Source of the DNA: Paraspadella gotoi
Taxonomy: Eukaryota > Animalia > Chaetognatha
Length of the DNA stretch: 64,000 nucleotides
Assembly: GCA_051294375.1 (NCBI GenBank)
Contig: CM119269.1
Coordinates: forward strand, 2,894,026 to 2,958,025
Reading direction: 5' to 3'
The notes beneath the pieces were generated by a model. That model was not told where the DNA came from. It saw only the letters and a list, made by a program, of their open reading frames with translations, and searched no databases. Below, piece by piece: positions 55,198-64,000 of this stretch. Made by a program: the position numbers and the translations under genes. Position 1 is the stretch's first letter; every line of letters starts with the position of its first letter.

Positions 55198-58100
55198 TCA
55201 AGTTTTCTTGACGGCCTCCTTTCCTTCTTTGCTCTTTTGCTCTAGCATGGAGACGATGTTATCCATCCAGATCCGGTTGTTGTCGGCTATGAGCTTTCCG
55301 CCCGGCAGCGCCACTTGGAACGGCCCTCCTCCGTTCGTCCAATGGTGCGGAGACTGAGGCGTCGGCTTTTCCGGCAGCGTCGGCGCGGCAAGGGCGCTGT
55401 TGTTGTTGTTGCTGTTGGCGTTGGCGCCCGTGACGAGGGCGTTGTTGCCGATGACGGTGCTGGTGGTCACGACGCTCTTGGTCCTGGGAGGCGAATTCTG
55501 CCCGACAGCGACCATCGGTTGAACAATAGGTTTGGCGACACCTGACGCCGGGATGGTTACGAAGGTGGCGCCGGGCGACGCCGCTCTCGCTGACACCAGC
55601 TGAATCGGAAGCTGCTTCACCTCGAGTATGCGTGAAGGGACGAGGACACCAGAGCGCGCTTGGCCGGCCCCGCCTGGCGTCGGCCCCGACGACGGCGCCA
55701 TTAACGGCGACCCGTTGTGCGTGGGCGTCGTGGAGGCCATAGCGCGCCCAAGAACGCCAGTTGTGGGCACGAAAGGGGATGCGCCCGGTTGAGTTGGGCG
55801 TGTCCACAGCGGCATACCCGGTTGGCGCGTTTGACCCCCCGTCAAGGCGTAAGCCTGAAGCGTCGGCGTTGCCGTCGTCACTTTAACTCCGCCTCCAGCG
55901 GTCGGCCAAATAACGCTGACTGGACGCGCCGGCGGAGCCTTAGAACCAATCGTCGATGGCGGCGGCCACATAGAAGCCGTTGGAGGCTTGGAGCCGATGG
56001 TTGAGGTTGGCGGCCACATTGGAGCCGCCGTCACAGCTGCTGAAGGAAGCCTCGGTCCAGTCGCCGTCGCTTCAAAAATGCTAACTCTATAGTTTTACCT
56101 TCAAATTAAGAATTTCCCAAAAATTAATTTACCTGCGGGTTTCGCGCATAACTGTTGCGGAGGAGCCTGTAGATGGGATTGCTGAGTTGCGGGTTGCTGC
56201 GTCTGCATAGGAGCCGGTTTCGACATTATCTTGATTTGCTGCACTTGCTGCTTCTGCTGCTGAACCTTTTCGTTCTGAAGCTGCTGCAAACGGAACTGGG
56301 TGACGCCCCTTATAGCCGCCGCTTTCCACGAGTCAACCGCCGCTGCGCCAACATCTTCGCAAGGCGCCGCGTAGACGAGCGCTGCGCTGGGAACCTTTTT
56401 TTTTTTGGTTTTTTTTTTTTTTTGAGTTAATTAAAATACAAGTAAACTTTAATTTTCGTTTAATACGGTTAACTTTAATTCTGTACATTTATATTTAATA
56501 ATTGACTACTTGAAGTGGTAAAAACTAATCGCACTATTTTAAATATGTATTTTAAATTGGTCAAGATTACAAAGTCAAATTTAAAATACATATTTAAAAT
56601 AGTGCGATTAGTTTTTACCCCTTCAAGTAGTCAATTATTAAATATAATTGTTTGAAATTAAATTTCCAAATTGTTTTTTTTTAAATTTTTTGTTCAACGA
56701 CTCGGTTCTTCTACGATTCTTTACTGAGTCATAACGACTTCTTTAATTTAACTTGATAATCGACGTATGTATGTTAGATGTTATGTTAGATTAGGCGCCT
56801 AGTTTATCACGTTAGGCTGTTTGGCTTCTTTAGGCCCATTTTTCTTTTCGATTGTTTAAATATTCGCACAATGACTGGCTCCTCATCATCAAATGTGATT
56901 TGCTCAACACCCAAAACGCTAGCGAGACCTTTTGGTGGATCTGTTGCAGCTGCTGCTGATGCGCGGCGATGGCCGTGTCGCTAATCGAAGCTCGCAGCGG
57001 CCTCGGAGCCTGTTGTCGAAGCGGAAGCGACGTCGGAATTTCGTCCACCCGGCGCTCGAAGTCGGGGTGATGCATCTGGGAAGGCGTCGGCGCCGTCGTC
57101 GTCGACTGCGATTCGCCGAACATCGGCGTAGGACTTCCCCGAGGCGTCATTCGGCGGTCTGGAGGCGGTCGACGACGCGCCATGCTCATGCGGAGTTCTT
57201 CGTCGTCCTCTTCCTCCTCAAGCATTGACTTCCAATACTTGCCGCGGTGCTGATGCTGCGTCGCCGGGATTGGCGACGTTGGACGCCGCGGAGACGCAGA
57301 CGTAGAACCGTCCGCGTCACTTTCGACTGTCGGAGTAAAATCCGGCGACTTGCGGCAGTAAAGGATGCTGGCGTCCATAAGTTCAGACGGGTGCTGCCAA
57401 TTTTAACGAGATATAAAGATTTTTGGAGGATTGCACATCGTGTTAAAATTGCATGTTTTTGATAAAAATATTAATAAATTACTCTCGCGACTAGCATTTA
57501 CCGATGTATTGTGAGATTTTTTAGTTGGAAATATCTATAGACTTTAGAAAAACAATCAAACGAGCATTTTTGAAAAGTCCAACAATTACGAATATTAACT
57601 ATTAAATAGTGGTTATGAGATAGCCACTCTCATGCTTTTGATGCCTGACCTGAGGTAGGCGACGACCAACAAGTGACAGCAACTCTTTTTTCGCCAAATA
57701 TTGTAATTGTCGAGCCTTATAGATGTTTCGTAAATAAGATGACCTGAAAACCGCATTTGCGTAAGGCAAGAAAACCGAAAATCACGGTGACGACGTTAGC
57801 GTTCCGTCGATCACTCCATGATGCAACCTGAGTGGATTGAACTCGACGTCCGTCCTGAGGTGTTTGACTTGCTCCGTATACGACTCCAGATAGTCTTCAA
57901 CGACGGTCACCACTTGCGACGGCGCATATATCTCCAGAGGTTTGATCGGCGCGAAATTTGAACGCGGGGTTTCTGTAAGACATGTTAAAAATTCAATCCA
58001 GAGGTCGGCCCCTCCCTACTCCATACCGACGCCGTACCTCTGTTCCTGTCAAAACGAGCCGAGTACAGGCGCGGTTCCACGTGTGGGATGCAATCAAGCA

Positions 58101-58281
58101 GATCTTTCAACAGCTCGGGACAGTACTTGGACGAGGCGTCCCTACAGGCGGCGCCGACGCGAATGTCTTGGATTCCGTCGAGTTTTGGAGGAGAGACCTC
58201 CCTGTCAAATCTATCGCAGAAATCTCGTAATTCATCGTACTGATTTTTAACGCAAGCATCTTTGATCAGTAATTCTGCCAT
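55198..58281 (-). CDS. Uncharacterised six-exon protein: ~190-aa globular-looking N-terminus and long Pro/Gln/Thr/Ala-rich tail
   Basis: Exons join in frame through GT-AG sites (..YSARFDRNR-E-TPRSNF..VEFNPL-R-SSYLRNIYKARQLQYLAKKELL..PQ-HPSELMDASIL..). No family recognised. Confidence 0.75.
56491..56645. repeat. Near-perfect AT-rich palindrome (~68-bp arms) in an intron; MITE or Penelope-type remnant
   Basis: atatttaataattgactacttgaag...tttaaatt and its reverse complement, separated by ~19 bp. Confidence 0.75.
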
Positions 58282-58805
58282 GAATGTTGAAAATAAAGTT
58301 AATTTCAGTCAAATCGGTTTAATCATCAACTAAACTTGAAGCAAAACGACCCTTAACTGGTAAGGTTGGTTTCTTTTTGTCTTTTCTCCATAGAAGTATT
58401 TCTTTGTTCGAGTGCGTTATTAGCGCAGAGAATTTTTTACTAGGAGTAAAATTGCTTGAAGCAATAATAAATAGATACACCTGTCGCGTACTGAAGCTGT
58501 GCCTAAGACTAACTCGAACTAACTCCTGTCAATCCAAAACAGGGATTAAGAGACTTTCAGGGTATTAATTACTTTATTTATCAGATTAGGAATTAAAAGA
58601 GAGTTCAGAAAAGAATTCACCGATACAGAATAACAAAATTGGTCGATGTTAAACAATTTCAGTATCTTCGTCAAAATTGGATTGATCCAGGCAACAAATG
58701 CCGTTTTGATAAGAACTTTTCGACATGATTGAAGGACTAAAAAAATAAAAGCATTCAAAATATAGTCAGATGGAATGTTTCGGGGCTCTAACTTCATACA
58801 TGAAT

Positions 58806-61569
58806 TCAGTTCTCAGGAAAGCTGTTCGGGGATGGTAGATCGCGAGGTCTTTTGTTTTTTTGCCCTCCAGGGGCGTCCCGCGCGCTTAATTCGTTATTGT
58901 CAAAAATATCCTCGGACAAAGGAGCATCGACCGGAATGAAATCGGAAGATGCGTCGAGAAGCGATCGAGTCGCAAGTGGATTGGATGAACGGTCGTCACT
59001 ACAAGTATAAAAATCAATGATGCATGAGTAATCAGGATAATACATACTCTAAAAATTGTAAAGTAATCATAAGTATAAGATACCTGACGCTATTGCCACG
59101 TTGCACTTTAATTGGCTTTTGCCCTTGCACTTGGTCCATTATAAAATCCATCCTCTGGTCTACCGGAAGATTCATCAGCGCCGACAATGGAAGTTTTTGA
59201 TGATGATTCTGCATATTAAGGCGGGAAAAATTAATGGGCAATAGGGCATCAATTCAGAAGCGAGCCAGCGAAACAGGAAAATACCAAATACAAACCTTGG
59301 AATTATTATGCGCAAGTTTTTGCTCGACCCTCTCCTTCTCCCTTTTGAGTTGTAGTCGCATAGAACTCAATTGACGAAGGAGTTGGTGACTCGAGAATTC
59401 AGCGTCAGGATCGGCGGCGCCCTCGTCCATTGTCGAATTCTTCGTCGCTGCAGCTTATCGAAGAAGGAAAAAATGTAAAAAAAACGTTCGAAATACTAAG
59501 ACGAAGACGTAATTAAGAAAAATTTCAATCGACATTCTTTTTCGATTTTTTCCTCGACCCACCTTCGTGTCCTCCGTTCGTTCTCGGACCGTTCAACGAA
59601 GCCGCATGTCGATCCACTGCGGATTCCCCATCCGCGGAGGATTGCAAGGCGGCGACGGCGGCGACGGCGATGCCGGCCTTGCGAAATGTCGGGATGGGTG
59701 GGGAGATCGAGCGGCCGACGGGCGGCGGGGATCGGTCCCGCATCCTCGCCCTCAACTCTTCCTCCCTGATCTTCGCCTCCTCCTCTCTCCTCTTCTCCAG
59801 TTCCTCCTTTCTCTTCCTCTCAGCCTCCTTCTGCCTCTCTTCCATTTGTTTCTTTATCTCCTCGTTCCTCCGTCGCGTTTCCTCCTATCGTCGACGGAAA
59901 AAGTCAACTGTAAAGTTTCTTTGTTTGACTTCCCCTTACTTTATTTCTTCTCTCCCTCACATTCACATTCACAATCCTCGCCTACGCATCTCGATCGCAT
60001 TCTCCTTTTCCGGCGACCCACCTCCTTCGCCCGCTCTTTTCGCTGTTCGGCCGCGTACTCTTCCTCCATCTTCTTCCTCTGCTCCTCTATTTTTCGCGAC
60101 TCCTCTTCCTCCTCGCGGAGGCGCCGGTCCTTCTCCTCCTTCTGCTTTTTCCGTCTCTCCTCGATTTGCAGGCGAAGAGTTTCTTGATAACTAGCGATAT
60201 TCTCCTTTTCCTGCGGATGAATGCGAACGAATGTATTGTGGACGCAACGAGTTTCCACAGTATGACGTTTGTCATACCATCATATCATCATTTGTCATAC
60301 CATCACCACCGATCTCATATAGTCCTTCATTTCTTTCATCGTCAATCTAGTGCAACCTCACCTCGCTACTCTTCGGGGTGCCGAAGATGCCGTTACCGCC
60401 GCGAGCAAATCCTTCGTTCTCCGTCTCGACGGGACTCGCCAATTCATCGGCGGCGGCCAGCGCCGTCGCTTCCGATCGCCCCGTTTCGTCGCCCTGGCGC
60501 GAACGATGGGATTCGTTCGTTCGTTCGACTTCTAAGTTTGACATCTTTTAAAAAAAATGGGTGGAATCGAAGTTTTACTTCCTTTTAAATCCAGAAAACA
60601 CCTTCCGTTTAATAATGAGATTTCGTTCTCCTAGGCCATCGGATATATTTTATTACCTTATCTTCCCACGTCTCCTTCTCTAACGGTTTCGCCTTCATCC
60701 TCCCCAATTCGGCTACGATTCTGCCCGCGGCGTCCCTTAGCGGGGCGCCGGCGCCCCCTTTTCCCCAGGGATTCCATCCCTGGCGCTCGCGTTCCATCCG
60801 CTCGTCCTCGCGCTCCTCGGCGGCACGGGCGCGACGGCGCTCTTCTTCTTTGAATCGGATTTGATCTTGGAGAGCGAGTCTGGGAGAAGAGGAGACAGCG
60901 TAGATAAATAGAGGGCCGATTTGAGGGAAATTGAGCATAAAAAAAGGATAAAAAACATCTAAACAATTTAACACCCAAAAACCGATTTAAATATCAAACC
61001 TATACTCATCTTGACGAAGAGTCTTTTTGGAAACATAAGAAATCGCTTCTGGGGGCTTACTTACAAAAAAACAATGAACTAAATTGAAAAATTATTTGAG
61101 AGAAAAAATATTTTTCAATAATATCATATACCTGTATTTTTCGGAATTCAACGTTTCTTCTTTTGTATTGGTGGAACTTTCCCGGGCTAAAATGGAAAAT
61201 TAATGCGTTAGATCCGTAGAACGAAGAAAAACATTTTTGTTTATTTAACAAATGAACCTTCCGGATAGATGGCTTTGCAAGATTCACTCTCTCTTAGTTC
61301 AGCACTCTCTTTAATTCTTTTATCTAAATCTTCGTAGGCTGATGAGGAAACGATTGTAAAAAATATGGTGAAACAGTTAATATAGTATTTATAACAGACA
61401 AAACCACATCGACATTTACCAGTGTAACTTACTAAATTGAAATACGCATATTGATAATATACTCGCCTCTTTGATTGATGTGAAGGGCGGCCTGTATTGG
61501 ACTTATGTGCTGGGAAGTCAAAACCGCCTCTGGACTGTTAATCATGGGCGCCAGAGATGGAACGGGCAT
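58806..61569 (-). CDS. CSPP1: Centrosome and spindle pole-associated protein 1-like (multi-exon)
   Basis: YRLALQDQIRFKEE..WNPWGKGGAGAPLRDAAGRIVAEL, YQETLRLQIEERR coiled coil, SPPIPT, LLDASSDFI. Start codon tentative. Confidence 0.82.
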
Positions 61570-61819
61570 TTGACTGTAAGACAAAGATAATAATTCTCAT
61601 TTTTTAAACATTAGGGTTGGTTTGAAATTTACATTGAACATGTAATTCTATGATACAAAGAGAAAGAGAGAAGAAAATTCTTAAATCTGGGAAATTCTTT
61701 CACAGATGGCTGGTGGTTGGTTCCTCATATTTCAATGTAAAAAAAATCTGACACCATTAATCAAATTAAAGAAAGTGAAAATGCTTTTTGCCCATGGAAG
61801 GAAGCGAACGAAGCTTTTT

Positions 61820-61920
61820 CCTATTGGTCGAAAATTTATTGCATTTTCATTGGCCGTCCAAGTGAACGAAAACCTCTGAAAATTTGGCCTTATTTGGAAT
61901 TCCTCGGATTATAAAAAGAA
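61820..61920 (+). promoter_or_regulatory. Actin-type promoter: two inverted CCAAT boxes, CArG box, TATA
   Basis: ATTGG 61823-27 and 61849-53, CCTTATTTGG 61888-97, TATAAAA 61910-16. A second TATAAAA lies at 62594-600 and an acceptor at 62700-01 precedes the ATG. Divergent from CSPP1. Confidence 0.6.
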
Positions 61921-62158
61921 GAAAGCTCGCGAGGCCGCGAACTTTGTTAAACAAGAGATCGAGTTTCAAAAATCGATGCCGGGAAAATTGTAATCGTTCG
62001 ATCGGGGGAGGGGGAGGATAATGGATAAAAAATGCATTATGAAGGAGAAATTAAAACAGTTAATCATATTTGCTGATGATGGGAAAGAATGTCAGACTTT
62101 CTTTCTTTTTCTCTAAAGAAAAAAAGAAAACAGAAAAAAAAAGAAAAAAAAAGAAATA

Positions 62159-62209
<51 letters not shown>

Positions 62210-62715
62210 CAAAAAGCAAAAGAAAAAACTCCAGAACTTCTGGCAGAAGGAAAGAATTCCCAAGAAACTAGAAACTAGAGATAATCATCAAGACAGATTT
62301 CAAGCGTGGGATGAAGAAGTTATGGGGTCGGCTAAATCTCGCCCCGGCCGCCGGCCTTGGATCCTAAGATGGGGGAGTGAGATTTCGTCTTAATTTTTCC
62401 CCGCATCATGGACAATCAGTAGAAAGATCACCAACGAGGATGCTTTCTCGCACGAAATGTGTGGTAGTTAATGAAGCAAAAGGGGGGGGGGGAAGAAGTT
62501 TCTTCTCTCGCGATCGAAGAGCGGAAGAGAGGCCGGCCGTTCGCGGACGCCCACTACCCGCCCTTACGCCCCCCTCATTCGAAAGCTTCGCCGTATAAAA
62601 GGCGAGAAGTAAACGCCCCGGGTTCACACCCAGCGGACCCGCGACCGAAAAAGAATTCGCCGCCGAAATCTTATTTTCGTTTTGAGTTTTCACCGTCACA
62701 GCGAAACCGAGAAAA

Positions 62716-64000
<1,285 letters not shown>

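Overview
AT-rich, microsatellite-laden, intron-containing invertebrate animal DNA with three N-gaps and signs of noisy long-read consensus. The first ~28 kb is almost gene-free. It holds simple repeats, a 2.5-kb inverted duplication next to a gap, and a long-TIR element. The rest holds a CD164/porimin-like sialomucin (-), a tightly packed same-strand run of proliferation genes (POLA1, a degenerate-FHA protein, NCAPD2, UHRF1; gaps 162-248 nt), an uncharacterised gene and CSPP1 (-), and a divergent actin (+). The most striking signal is non-coding: eight copies, in three distinct repeat families, of a circularly permuted (type-P5) twister ribozyme fold, read by eye with covarying pseudoknot pairs. 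In every family P1 is reduced to a self-complementary 6-8-mer. One family is a complete ~650-bp mini LTR element (PBS, PPT, 4-bp TSD) whose LTRs each carry a tRNA-like Pol III head followed by the twister, making it a candidate animal twister LTR-retrozyme. Penelope-type minimal hammerheads and a POLA1 intron apparently created by a hAT-like MITE are also present. All calls are from manual reading; no searches or folding programs were run.
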